From Rhynchobatus australiae (taxonomy: Eukaryota): a stretch of 64,000 bases of DNA. Location of the stretch: NCBI GenBank assembly GCA_034780895.1, contig JAUZTB010000017.1:18691968-18755967 (forward strand), written 5' to 3'. The notes beneath the pieces were generated by a model. It saw only the letters and a list, made by a program, of their open reading frames with translations. It did not search any database and was not told the origin of the DNA. This document shows, in pieces, positions 13,401-26,804 of the stretch. The translations under genes and the position numbers were made by a program. The number at the start of each line of letters is the position of its first letter. Within the stretch, counting starts at the first letter, position 1.

Positions 13401-16400
13401 ACATTTGACTGGGACCCATAAACCTGGGGATTATTTGGCCTCTTCAGTTCTGTACTTGAACTACCTCTTCCACCAATAAACTTCATCTCTTCCAGCAAGC
13501 TTCATAATAGTTCCTGCTTTAACTCAGTGTACACGTTTTCCTTATAGCTCAAGCATCTTGGGATATTTTTCAATATTAAACATGCTACATAAAAGAAAAT
13601 TCTCATTAAGTGTATATTTATGCTTAGTAAAAAAATTATTAGACTATTCAGAAAACAATCGTATTAGTAAATTCCACCCAAATTAATAGCTTGTATATTA
13701 GAAACTCAATTTGATTTTGTTTTCAGCTACATACATGTCTTGCAATATTAATTTAGATTAGAGAGGTCTTCAGCAATTTTTTCCAACTTTTTCCATACAC
13801 TTATTAAAAATTCTATCTACTCTTTATTTGACTCAAGTATACTTTGTTCATATCTTCTTAAATGATAGTCCTGGGTAACTTGACCTAGTGAATTGACCAC
13901 TTGTGCATTCTCCTTTAACATGGCTACCTTTTAGTTTTAACATAATGCAGTTCAACTCTATTCTCTGCTACATTCTTGATTCTACATGGAAAGCTGTTTC
14001 TTCTGAATGGACCGAAGCTTCAGATAAAAAAGTTGAAATGTGAGACTCTGAAATTCATTCTATGTAAAGGCAAAACAGTGGCATTAAATACAAAATGGAA
14101 TTATAAACAATTATGTTATAACTTTCACAGAATAAAATATTTTGTTACAAAAATCAACCTGTATTTATATCAGTTGGTGAAAGGATTTTATGGAAAAATA
14201 TGTTTTGGGGTTGTCATTATTTAATTGGGAACTGGAAGATGATATATTAAGAAGTGCTATTGATGTGCTGAAATAGGACAAGCTTCATGGAACCTCCAAT
14301 TTTCGCTTAAAAAAAGCCAAAATACCACAGCTGCTGAACATCTAAAATAAATGCATACCCCAGGTCATACTTTTTTTGTGAATAGAGAAAGAGGGTGAAC
14401 TTAGCAGAGAGTGCAACTGGGAAATAGACAGTGGAGCTCAGTCAGCAAGTTTGGGATTCCAGAAACTCCTCATGTCTCTCTCCATAGATGTTGTCTGATC
14501 TGCTGAATATTTGTGTTTAATCTCAAACATTCACTTGCAAGTTTCCAATTATGATCATGCTCTCCTGAGAAGTGCAAATTACCGAAGTATAGTGCAGGCA
14601 TATCCATTTAAAAAAAAATGATTACATAGATAAAATCAAAGGATGGCTAGCAAGTGTCTGCTCTTTAGCTAGCACTCTGCTCTTTCTCTGAAAGTTTGGA
14701 AGAACTGTGAAAACCTCTGATTCTGCTTGCAGAATTTTTACATGTCACTATAGGAAAGNNNNNNNNNNNNNNNNNNNNNNNNNNNNNNNNNNNNNNNNNN
14801 NNNNNNNNNNNNNNNNNNNNNNNNNNNNNNNNNNNNNNNNNNNNNNNNNNNNNNNNNNTAGGAAAGAGGATAACAGGCTCTTAAAAGATTTCCTCCTTGG
14901 CTGTAGTTCTATCTTCAAGAAGTTGGCAGAAGCAGTCAAATTTACTACAGACAGGAAGGAGCAAATATTCCAACCAAACTCCAAAAAAACTACAACCACA
15001 GAGACAGAACGCAAGTGCCAAATACTACACTACAAGTCCACTGTGTACAAGTAGTATTTATAACTTTATATTCTTAATGCAATCACACGATTGTCAACTT
15101 CAAACTCTTCCACACGTTAAGACTATCCTATTGATGGTCTCAAACTGAATAACTGAGAACTAATTTTTGAATAAGCTAACTATGTGGCATACTGTTAGAT
15201 AACTGTAAATAAGACAAAGATATCCTCTCAGGGGAACAGATTGTGTTGGAGTAACCAGGTTGAGTGGTAGTTGGCAGTTCTGTAGTGAAATGTTGGCAGG
15301 TCCTAGGCTGTGTGTCAGCTTGTTCTGAACTCCTGCTTCACCACTGCACCCAGGGGAATTCCATAATGTACTGAGCTGAAGGGCCAGATGCACTTTGTGT
15401 CTGGCTCCTCAGCTATACGCCAGCCATTTTTAGTGCATCCAGCTTGAGAGGAGTTGCCAAAAATGACAATTAGAAGGCAATTGTTAAAATCTCTCTTTTA
15501 ATTAATATTAATGTTTTTAATTAATTTGTTCCAATGTGTTCACTTCAGTCCAATATAAAGCTGGGAGTTATCAGAAGTTTTCATTTTATTTTATTTCCTG
15601 CCAAAGAATTAATTTTTCCATTTTCTTTTCCTCTGTATATCTTCCTCAATAAGCTCCAGTTAATTGATATCTCAATAAAACCGTATTATCATCATATGAA
15701 GATTACCCTGAATGATACAAAAATGCATTCCATTATTCTGAGAACAGAATAACCTGGAATGCACGCTGGTCCTTGGACTTTTCAAATTGAAGTTAACAAT
15801 TTTAAATAATGAAGCAGGCATCCAAATCACTGTTTAAAAAAGGGTTACAATCTCCAAATCTAACAGGTGGCTAGAAGGTTAGTAACCCCAGCTTATTCAA
15901 GGCCTTCACAAAAATGGGAAGAATGGAGGTATTTTGTTGGAGGATACATTCAACATCTAGGTTTCAGCAATTTTGTTTTTGGTGCGAAATTGAGAATTCA
16001 TTAAATTCTATTCTCCAACCAAACTGAAAAGCTTCTCTCAGATGTTAGAGCTATGGCTCATTTAAGAAAATAAACACCACTTTTGCAGCAGGAAATGTTC
16101 TATTGACACTGAGGTCAAGATGCATTGTTAAACACTCGACCAGGTTGGTTGGTCTCATTATGTTCAACCTCATTTGCAACCTACTTAAAAATGCAGCATT
16201 AAAAGAAAAGAATGCTCCAACATTTGATCATCACCTTAAATCCTCAAAGTCTTAAACAATATCATAGAATCAATGCACAAGAAGTGTCCAAAATCACAAC
16301 CCAGTGACACTATCACAGCAAGTGCAAAGAGCTGCTAATTTATACAAACCACTTAGCCCTAGTTCAGCCTGCTATAAGTCTCTAATTCCTTACCTTGTAG

Positions 16401-17483
16401 AGGAATCAGCTGAAACATTACCAACATCAACATTATCTACAGGACCTGCCCATAATGCCCTATTCTGACTGTCAGATGCCAGAATAAGGTGCTCTCTTCT
16501 TTCCACCCACTTAACAGTTCCTTATATTTAGTTAATCCAGTGAATGTAGAGAAGGGACAGGGAGATCAAGACAATTCTCTTCTCTCTTTGCCGTTGTGCA
16601 TTGATTTTCCAACGTACATAGCACTCTTGTCAATGAAGCACAGCATAATTATCACATACACTTAGCCACCTTAAAACAAAAGTAATATATTCAATACTTT
16701 CCCCAATGTTAACCACTCTGTGAAGTGACACTGCCAAAATGTTCTGAAAAGTAGACTTAGCCAATCCCCAAATCAAACCACATTAAAGGGAAGAGAAGAT
16801 GTTCTGATATTTCTGACACTTTATTAATAATAACCAACAAGTTTGGATTGATCATTGCAAAGCAAAATGCACACAAGCAAATATGGGGTGGAATGTAGCT
16901 TGCACAGTGCCTTACTCTTTGCATACCAAACCCTGGTCTGCTGTTATGGGACCAATCAAATATTTTGTTTAAAAAAAAGACTGTCATTCTAATACCCAGA
17001 CATGTCAGATCCTGTCTGAGCCAGGAAAAGTTGGGGTTCCTGTACACAATGCTCCTACCTGAAGTTCTGTCCGCTGATAATTTTATGCCTTGCCGAATTT
17101 AGGTAAAAGGTTCTGTACTTCATGTGGCGTGTCAGAAACAACAGAGACACAGTATAACCCATCTTCCACTGTTGCTACAGCAGGGGATCAGCAGACTGTC
17201 CATGGATACTTGATCAACGGAGGAAAATCTAAATCATTTTCCAAAATATTTCCTTTTATGGCAGGTTTATCTATTCACAATTTNNNNNNNNNNNNNNNNN
17301 NNNNNNNNNNNNNNNNNNNNNNNNNNNNNNNNNNNNNNNNNNNNNNNNNNNNNNNNNNNNNNNNNNNNNNNNNNNNNNNNNNNNNNNNNNNNNNNNNNNN
17401 NNNNNNNNNNNNNNNNNNNNNNNNNNNNNNNNNNNNNNNNNNNNNNNNNNNNNNNNNNNNNNNNNNNNNNNNNNNNNNNNNNN

Positions 17484-18330
17484 TCGATCTTTAAGCTTGA
17501 CGATACCACTGTTATCAGCCGGACCAACAATAATGACAAGACAGAGTACACGAAAGAGATCTCGAACCTTGTATTATGGTATCAGAACAACAATCCAGCC
17601 CTTAATATCTGCAAGACGAAAGAGCTGGTTGTTGACTTAAGGAAGCGGGGGGAGGGAAGTGCATCAGCATATGTTCTTGACTCATCTTGCCCACGAGAAT
17701 CCTCTCAGACTTCGCTAATTGCTTTCAATTAACAGAACTAAATATCTTGATGGGTGCATCTCAGCCTAGTTTTGCAACTACACTGCCCTAGGCTGACAAA
17801 ACCTGCAAAGAGTGGTAAACACAAGCTCGTCACTTCCTTCCATTCAGTCCACCTTCACAGTGCGTTGCTTCAGGAAGGCTAATAGTATTGTTAAGGATGC
17901 CTGCCACCATGGCCATTCCCTTTTCTCTCTTCTACCTTGTGGGAGAAGATACAGGAGCTTGACAGCCAGATGACCGGACTCAAGAACAGCTTCTTCCCCA
18001 CTGCCATCAGACTTCTGAACCAACCACCTCTTTCAGATCCCCTTCCCAGTGGTGCTGCCACATTCTCAAACCTTTAATTCTACTTCTCTTGGTTATTCCA
18101 TTATTGTCACTTTAGCATTTCTTTTTCCACTTTTTCAGACTGCATTACTATCTTTGCACCGTTCTGTTGTACTATGCACCATTCTGCTGTTTTACATTTG
18201 TCACTGTAATTATTGTTGTATCTATTATTACTGTGTGTACTGTTTACTCTGAGCTTCACACGAGCGGGGAATTTCATTGCACCCTGGTGTATATGACAAT
18301 AAACTAATCTAATATAATCTAATCTAATCT
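17484..18330 (+). mobile_element. Rex1/Babar-like LINE 3' fragment
   Basis: Degenerate DDTTV..., LNIxKTKELVVD and GRRYRSL...RLKNSFFP motifs; ends in an (aatct)n tail. Confidence 0.8.
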
Positions 18331-18334
18331 GAAC

Positions 18335-18645
18335 TGTTAGATGTGCTGCCTTTTGTATTATGGCCTATTTGCTCTCAGGTAGATGCAAAAGATCCCAATC
18401 CTTGATTTCAAAACAAAAAGATGGTGGGAAGTTATTCCCAATGTTCTCGTGAACATTAATCCCTCAATTAACAGAACTAAAACAAATCTTCCAGTATTTA
18501 TCACACTAGTATTTGTGGAAGTTAGCTAAATGTGAATAAACTGTCATGTTTCCAACACCATAACAGTGACTACCCTTTAACTTCACTAGCTGTGCATTTT
18601 AGGGTGTCCTGAGTGAATGAAAGGTGCTGTTACACAAGTGCAAGA
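18335..18645 (+). mobile_element. Deu-domain SINE remnant
   Basis: ctctcaggtagatgcaaaagatccca...taacagtgactac...gtcctgag...gaaaggtgct matches the recalled Deu core and tail. Confidence 0.65.
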
Positions 18646-18925
18646 CATAGGAATGTAAGAAACTGGAATGGCTGCAAGGCCCCATGATCTTCCTTTGTCC
18701 TTTGAGCAAACCATGATGATGTCCACTCTACTTTTCTGCCCTATGTCCATATCGCTTGATTTTCCTGCATTCCAACAATCCAATGAATACTGCCTTGAAT
18801 ACTTCCAATAACCAAGCATCCACAGCCCTCTGTATAGAGAATTCCAAAGATTCACAACCTTGAATGAAGAAGTTTTTCCCGAAATCAGATCCAAATGGCT
18901 AACTCTATCCTGAGATTGTGCCTCC
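18646..18925 (-). mobile_element. CR1-like 3' fragment
   Basis: Contains catccacagccctctgtatagagaattccaaagattcacaacc. Confidence 0.7.
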
Positions 18926-21822
18926 TACCACACTACCTTTCACCCAATTAGAATCAAGTGGCCAGATTCCAAGAGTGATTGCTGGCCACAGACAGCTCCG
19001 ATAAGTTCAGACCCCATTTGGTGGGTTCAGGCTTCCCTTCCCATTACTGCTTTGATTCCAGCTTTCCTCCCTCAGGAGTAGGTATTCCAAAGAAAAAGGT
19101 TAAGATAAGGACAAAGGGAAACCATCTCTGTTACTGTTCTCCAGTGAATGACTTAAGAATTCAAAAGAACCCAAGATTATCACTTGTCCTGGAACTAATG
19201 TTGCCCAATGGGGGTGGAGGTACGTTCACTGGGAATGCGAGTGTTAAGCATGGACACAATTATTAAAATGAATAATTTTTTACACTCTGTTTACAATTAA
19301 TGGAGAATGGGAAAGGGCAGTAAAAGCAAATCTCCCTGATGTAGAGCACAGCAAGGATGTCTGAGAATTCCCACCCTAACTGCAGGTGGATGAAACTGCA
19401 AATTTTTTTCAATCTGTTTTTTGTAATTGAACACACGATTTTCTCAACTAAGATCAATAGGGGTAAAAAGCTTTCCCTTACTGGGACTATAACAGCAGAA
19501 ATCACTACAGGTCTACTTTCAAAATCGACAAACATACATTTCCCCGCATTGATTTTTTTTCCATTGTTTCTCAAAGATACAGAACAGAATTCAACTTTTC
19601 AATTTGGTGGGGGAGGGCAGGAAAGCTACAAAGGTAGTCATTACATTCTCCTCCAACACTATTCTGTAATAGTTCTGTTCAGAAAGATGAATATACTTTA
19701 ACTTCTGAGGCAAACCCACATAGGTGGCTTGGCTTCACTACAGATCTGTAGCTTCTGAGATAGCTATTGAATCCTGCACTGGATCCACAGCTCTGCCACA
19801 GTTGCGACAGGTGATGCTCAATAGCACAAGTAACATATTGTTCGGATCAGCTTGCACGGCATTATTTAGCTGACATAAAAAGGTAACTGGGAGGGATCAG
19901 TTGAGGAGGATCCTTGCAATGACTTTCCTTGCAGCAGACAGCAGGGTTTCATGTACAAGTATTATAAACAGACTTTTCTTGAAGATGGTCAAGATTACAT
20001 TATCTTTGGGATCCTCTGCATGCTCTCCTTTTCCCAGAAGACCAAAATCTATACATTTTCCTTCATCTATTAAACATTTTTAAACTGCTAGAATTATTTC
20101 AATTTTTATGAGATGGGCATATATTCCATCAGTACTTTTTCCTGACAAAGCATCAAAATGTATATTACATCAGCAAATTGAATATTTCTATTTATGACTA
20201 AATTAGAGTTCCATCAACATTCAGTATTTTTGAACAGCGATACCTATGAAACTAAATTTTAAAAATGATAGAATAATTCATTTGCTTATCGATTTTGATC
20301 AGTCTAATTAAGAGCAAAATTATATGTAAATTAGCATAGTCATTCAAAATGGGTAGGCTAATTTCATCTGTGAATGTTATTTGTGAAATTGCCAGGGAGA
20401 AGATATAAATAAGGAAATGAGAAAAACAAGCCTGGCATTAACATGCTATACAATGACTTTAACATGTACTTAAGGAAGTCTGGAACACCTGCCTTCTGCA
20501 TTAGACGTCAGACCAAGTCAGTTTTTTTTTAAAAGATTCAAAACATGAACTTGGCTCAGACAGTTTCAAACAAGGCTAAAGTTTAATTCATTAAAATCTG
20601 ATGAACGAATTAAACAGGTTTAAATAGGCCATGTTGCAAACATTGGTTATCATTTGTAAATCCATAAAATATTATTCCTAAATGTAATATACTTTGCTTA
20701 ATTGTTGTTTTTACAATGCTTGTTTATGTAATGAATGTTGACAATACTTCATGGAACTGATGTTAAATAGTTAGTGAGATTGATGGTGCAAGGGAGAGGT
20801 ATTAACACACAGTTGATTGCATTTCTACACAGCCCCTTGTACTGCCTGGCTCAGAAACTCCTCCAAACCAATTCATCCTATGAAGACACCAGCATTCTTT
20901 TAACAGAAGCAACTGGAAGCAGAAATAACTAGTCATGAAAGTCTTTGTAATTGTTCAGTTCCCTTAAAGGGATCTTAATAGTGATGTTCTCTGGTAGGTC
21001 ATTTTTAAGCCAGAATGAACATTTATTCTTTGCTTCAGCTGTCCACACTACTGCACTATGAAGGATGATATCCCACTAATTTAACTTCAAGACAACATAG
21101 ACAAACTGATAAATGACCTAACCACAAATAAATAAAGAACTGTAAATCTCATCTAACTACCATGCCAGATGCCTTTAATGTGATGTTACCAGGTGAGGTC
21201 TAGTGATTGATCAAAATCCACAGTCAGGGATGGCCATGGTTCTTACAGAAATTCAGCATTCAACACCCTTGTAAATAGTGAAGTGAAGAGTTTTAAGTCA
21301 TCACTTAAAATTTGTGCAAGCGCTATGGAATTGCGACAATCATGTGCAAGAATCAAACAATAATTGATTTTATAACAGAATCCAATAATAATCTCGATCA
21401 ATAGCAGTTATAACCTAGTCCAACACAAACTTAAAATACATAGTTATAGCTGCTTATCCTATATTATTGCCGTGTACAAGTGCAGTCAAAGCCATAAATC
21501 TACAAACTATTTTCTTTGACAGTGATACCTTCGGGATTACAGAGACTTGTGTCGCAGCTCTGCTCACCCCTTGCTCCAGCTGTCATCCTGGTCCCATGGC
21601 TGACGGGAATCCAGGTGAATTGTATTGTTCAGGGGCAGGAAAATATACAAAGCACACATTTGTCAAAGTTGGTTTCAGAACTGAGTAAAAGAAATAAAAT
21701 AAAAAACATTGGGGGGAAAAAAACCACAAAGAAAGCCTTCACAGAGCCCATGGAAACATTTCCTCTTCAATCAACACTAAAAAGAATTGACTAACAATTC
21801 ATCCTGTACCATTTGAGGAGAT

Positions 21823-21990
21823 GAACAGTCAACGTTTCAGGTCGAGACCCTTCGTTAGAACTGGTGAAGGGTCGTGACCCGTAATGTGGGCTATTTATTT
21901 CCCTCCATAGATGCTGTCTGACCTGCCGAGTTCCTCTAGCATCTTGTGTGCATTGGTCCAGATTCTAGCATCTGCAGAATCTCTTGCATC
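21823..21990. mobile_element. Short Penelope-derived element with head-to-head hammerhead-like motifs
   Basis: Flanked by the direct repeat ACCATTTGA(G/A)GAGAT (21808-21822, 21991-22005). Carries the tail tccatagatgctgtctgacctgccgagttcctctagca shared with other copies in the window. Confidence 0.75.
21826..21863 (-). ncRNA. Minimal type I hammerhead ribozyme-like motif (degenerate)
   Basis: CAGTT-CTAACGA-AGG-GTCTCGA-CCT-GAAA-CG-TT-GACTG: stem I, stem II and the palindromic ACGU helix III are intact, with one core change (G5>A). Confidence 0.6.
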
Positions 21991-22309
21991 ACCATTTGAA
22001 GAGATCTTGCTGCACACAAATTAGCTGCTAGATTTATATACAAAAGTGTCCTTCAAAAATAATTTATTCCCTGTGAAATGTCCCAAAGATGTGAAAAGTT
22101 TCTAAATAAAAACTTGCTTTACATTATTAAATGATAGTTTTATCTGTAACATAGATCTACATGGCTCCAGGTTTGATTCCAGATCTATGCTGTTAATTGA
22201 TTTCACTTAACTTGTCAATATTGCTTCAAGACTGACAAAGGAAACAAAAAAAACTGTAGCCACTGCTCATGTTCCTTGATTCTATAGAACATCCCATCAG
22301 TTTGACAGA

Positions 22310-22535
22310 GAATGAAGACCATAAGCAGCAGGACTTGAAGTTGGCCACTCAGCCCCGCAAACCATTCAGCAAGTTCATGGTTAATTTATTTCAACTCCAT
22401 CTTCCTGTACTGCCTCCCTATCATGCAATTCCTTTAGGGGCCATAAATATAGCTGATTTCTGCAGAGAATATATTTAATGACTGACAATACATAAATCTC
22501 CGGAGGTAGAAAAATCAAAAGTCATTATGTTCTGT
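22310..22535 (-). mobile_element. Old CR1-like 3' fragment (left half; resumes at 23058-23140)
   Basis: Removing 22536-23057 restores ggtagaaaaatcaaaagtcattatgttctgt|agaaagaaatttctcctcatctcagg, a continuous CR1-type sequence. Confidence 0.6.
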
Positions 22536-23057
22536 GGTGACAATCTGAGCCAGAGTGACTGCCTGGAGCTGGACTAGGACTAACCAGCTGGAGCCTGTCC
22601 ACTGAGTGACCATCCAGTCAGATTAGAGGACTGAATAACTGCGTGGAGCCAGATCTCTGAGTGACTATCTCGGGCAGATTAGGACCAGACCACTGCAACT
22701 GCCCAGAATTGGATACAGAGGAGGCCACCCAGAGCTGGAAACAAAGTGACCACCTGGAGCCAGATAGAGTGGCCACTCAGTGACCACCTGGATCAGAACA
22801 CATTGCAACTGCCTGGAGTTTAACCTCTCACTGACCACCCAAAGTTTAATACTGAGGGACCACCTGGAGCTGGATCAGGAGTGACAGTCTGGAGCCAGAC
22901 ATTTGACTGACCACCTAGAGCGGATACAGAGTCACCACTCCAGAGGATTTCAATTTCCTAAATATTCACTGGGATTAGTTTAACTTAGCATTGTGGTCAG
23001 TGCAGACAACGAAAGGCTGAAGGGCCTGTTTCTGTACTATATTTTTTTATGTTCTGT
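22536..23057 (+). mobile_element. Insert composed of a degenerate minisatellite plus a CR1-type 3' tail
   Basis: About 24-26 bp units resembling GAGTGACCACCTGGAGCCAGATAC (22540-22945), then ggctgaagggcctgtttctgtac. Direct repeat TTATGTTCTGT at 22525-22535 and 23047-23057. Confidence 0.65.
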
Positions 23058-24049
23058 AGAAAGAAATTTCTCCTCATCTCAGGCCCAAATGTTTGAACCT
23101 CTTACCCTGGGACTATGACCACAATTCTAAACTCTCCAGATAAGATCAGCTATTTTATAGAGCCTCTAGGTACATTACGTGCTTCATTGGGTACACAAAA
23201 AGTGGTAATCTTGTCTTTTCTATTAACTGATGTTATGACCTACTATGTATTCTATGGTCCTCTGCAATTTAAAGTCAAGATTGTGTTTGAGTAGTTAGCA
23301 ATTTAGGGTGAATATTCATTGAAATAACTCTACATAGACTTGGGTCAGTGACACTAGAAATAATTCAGAGGTTTACAGTGCAAATGAAAAGGAGAAATGT
23401 AAAAAAACCACTAAAAATACTATGACTACATTTTACCCACTTAATTCACTACAATACTGTGGGCATCAAAATAAATGTCTGTACACAAAGGGGAAAAATT
23501 GATTTATAACCAAAAAATCATCAAATGTTCAGTTTTAGTCTGGAGGTTGGCAATACATATGAACTGAGTAACAGAACAAATATTTCCAAATAAATTGGGC
23601 ATTNNNNNNNNNNNNNNNNNNNNNNNNNNNNNNNNNNNNNNNNNNNNNNNNNNNNNNNNNNNNNNNNNNNNNNNNNNNNNNNNNNNNNNNNNNNNNNNNN
23701 NNNNNNNNNNNNNNNNNNNNNNNNNNNNNNNNNNNNNNNNNNNNNNNNNNNNNNNNNNNNNNNNNNNNNNNNNNNNNNNNNNNNNNNNNNNNNNNNNNNN
23801 NNNNNNNNNNNNNNNNNNNNNNNNNNNNNNNNNNNNNNNNNNNNNAAAATTTATCTTTTGCCTCTTGAATTGCCATTGCTCTTTTCTGTTTGTTTACTAC
23901 TTATTTGCATTATTCCCATGCCACAGATGAAGCAAAAGTGTGAACAACCTAATCCAATTTAGAGTCAAGACTAGTTTTAGCTGACAACCAGGAGACAAGC
24001 GTGGACAAAAGGTTAGGCTAAATTGCATTATCTTCTTTTTTTTAAATTT

Positions 24050-24265
24050 ATTCAGATTTCAGGATCTAGATGTTGCTGGCAAGGCTAATATTTATTGTCC
24101 ATTTCTAATTGCCCTTGAGGAGGTTTTGTTTAGCTGCTTTCTTGAAAGCTGCAGTCTCTCTGTTGAAAGTACTCTCATCGTGCTATTGCATATGGAGTTC
24201 CAGGATTTAGTCCATGTAATAATGAAAAACAAGCAATAAATTTCCATATCAGGATGGTGTGCAGC
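24050..24265 (-). mobile_element. LINE 3' end fragment (family common in sharks and rays)
   Basis: gctggcaaggctaatatttattgtccatttctaattgcccttgag...ggagttccaggattt...tcaggatggtgtg, recalled as a chondrichthyan LINE terminus. Confidence 0.55.
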
Positions 24266-25730
24266 TTCTACTGTTGTGTGCTCTTTTAATGCGTATTGTT
24301 AATTATCTTGTAATATTATTAAGACACCTTTAGATCACACAGCTGTGTTTGAAAAACCTACTGGAAATNNNNNNNNNNNNNNNNNNNNNNNNNNNNNNNN
24401 NNNNNNNNNNNNNNNNNNNNNNNNNNNNNNNNNNNNNNNNNNNNNNNNNNNNNNNNNNNNNNNNNNNNNNNNNNNNNNNNNNNNNNNNNNNNNNNNNNNN
24501 NNNNNNNNNNNNNNNNNNNNNNNNNNNNNNNNNNNNNNNNNNNNNNNNNNNNNNNNNNNNNNNNNNNNNNNNNNNNNNNNNNNNNNNNNNNNNNNNNNNN
24601 NGACCCTGCAGTAACCAGTGGTCGAATGTTTCCTTAACGTAAGCTTGACCAATTCAAATATACAGGATTGAAAGTGCTTTCTTGATAACTGACATTATTG
24701 TGTAGTTTAAAAGGGTCTAATCTTATGCATTAAAACTATTTGAATATAGAATAAATGCTCATTGATGAGCTTTGTGACATGATATTAACCTTACATTGTT
24801 AATTACCAATTTCCATATCTAACTACATCACAATATTCAAATTTTTTCCCCCTCAACTACACTAATATGAGCTATTTTTTGTCCCAGTTTGTCTCCTTGC
24901 AACAACACCAATGTAGTACATTTGCCCCAAAGTTGATGGCTTTGGAACACACCCAAGTAACTGTCATTACTCTTCTGAAGGGTTAAGGTGTTACACTTCA
25001 TGGAGACTGTGTGGCCAACTCTTTCTTCTTACCTCATTACACTCCATCCACTCACACAGACAGGACTGCTGAGCATGGAAAACAGCCTGGATAGTCTGGG
25101 AATCTGCAACAATTCAGCTGTGATGACTGGAACCTACATTTCTGCAGCAAGTACTTCATTCCTTGCTGGTTTAATGTGATGACTTTACATTTGTTTTTTA
25201 TCCAAATCCCATTTTTTATGGTTGGAATCCGTAGGCAGACAACAGAACTACTTACATTACAAGACTATGCTATCATGTTCAAATCTGGTGAAGAGAGAGA
25301 AAATGCTTGGCTGCTTTATTTTTATGCACCACTGATTTGACACCATCAACTTCACAGCTGCCAAAATGAAGTCCAAAGAGGCTTTAACCATGATTTATGT
25401 TTGAAACTGTCTATTTCGCATTTTAATAACTCTGTTCAGCATCCACTGATTTCATAAATAATGTATCATTTCCCTTATTTGGTACTAACTTACTTTGAAA
25501 GTAAAAAAAATAACAGTTTGAATATTTAACCATCTAAGAGCTAAAAGTGATTTAAAGCTTTCAGGTGAGTTTATATTTATTCTTGAACATAGATTAATTC
25601 AACTAACACTTTGCTACACAGATACTGTCTATAATAAATGTCAGATGCTTCAATCTTTTTTTTAAGGTAATCATCTAAATTTTTGACAGCACATTACTAT
25701 AAACTCCTGGGATAGCAGCATAATCTTCTT

Positions 25731-26030
25731 GGGCGGCACGGTAGTGTAGTGGTTAGCGTAATGCTATGTAGCGCCAGTGACCCATGTTCAATTCCCACCG
25801 CTGTCTGTAAGGAGTTTGCACGTTCTCCCCATGTCTGCGTGGGTTTCCTCCGGGTGCTTCAGTTTCCTCCCACATTCCAAAGACATATGGGTTAGGAAGT
25901 TGTGGGCATGCTATGTTAGTGCCAGAAGCACGGTGACACTTGCGGGCTGCCCCCAAAACATTCTACACAAAAGATGTAATTCACTGTGTGTTTCAATGTA
26001 CATGAGACTGATAGAGAAATCTTATCTTCT
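25731..26030 (+). mobile_element. tRNA-derived V-SINE with a non-CR1 tail
   Basis: A box tagtgtagtgg, B box gttcaattcc, and V core ggagtttgcacgttctccccatgtctgcgtgggtttcctccgggtgcttcagtttcctcccaca. Confidence 0.9.
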
Positions 26031-26804
26031 ACGTAGAAATTTTTTGTCAAAGATTTCATAATGCCCTTTTTAAAACAACATCAAAAGAGCTAATTAATTA
26101 ACTTTGGAGGATTTTGATAAACAGCGTTTCTCCATGTTTGCCTATCTCTTGCATGGTCTTAAATTTTTAACAGTAATGCTTCTATATGCTTAATTTTCTT
26201 TCAGAATTCCTGCTCAGTATCCAAGGAACAAAGGAAGCATCTATCCATTTCATTCGTGGTTAAAAAAAAATCCAAAAATGAATTAAACTGAGTCTTTCCC
26301 TATTTCACAGACTAAACAGTTTTTTTTGCTAAAGTTCCCTCCTTATCTTGGGAAAACCTGCAGGGGTTGAATACATGTCAGCCAGATGCCTGCTACAATT
26401 CCCTTGAACAGGGGCATAACCCAAAGGACCAGAGGGTCAAAAACTCTTGAAAGATCAGTTTGACCCTGGTATTTCATTTCATTTCTACAAAGACCTGGTT
26501 CTCTGCTCTAGGCTCAATTTATGGAAATGAAAAGGAGGGCTAACACCAGGCAGTTACACTTATCCTCAACACCTAATCTAATGCTGCCGTGGCATGCAGA
26601 CTCAAAAGTTTATGCTGCACATCCATTCATTCCTCATGGCTCAAGTAAGTAAAGCTACACTATTCGAGTCAAGTCACAGTCAATATCAGAGCAAATCCAA
26701 ACCTCTGAAAAGGATACCCATGGTTTAATTCAGACTCAATTATACAAGGTGAAATATCAAAGATTAGCCTTTAAACAGGATGAATAGAGAGAAATACATG
26801 TTTT

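Noticed and set aside
22540-22945. Repeat-spacer-like array resembling CRISPR
   Set aside because: The context is vertebrate, the units are diverged and adjacent without unique spacers, and there are no cas genes. It is a minisatellite.
25731-25805. tRNA gene
   Set aside because: The A/B boxes belong to a SINE head followed by the V core; no complete cloverleaf is evident.
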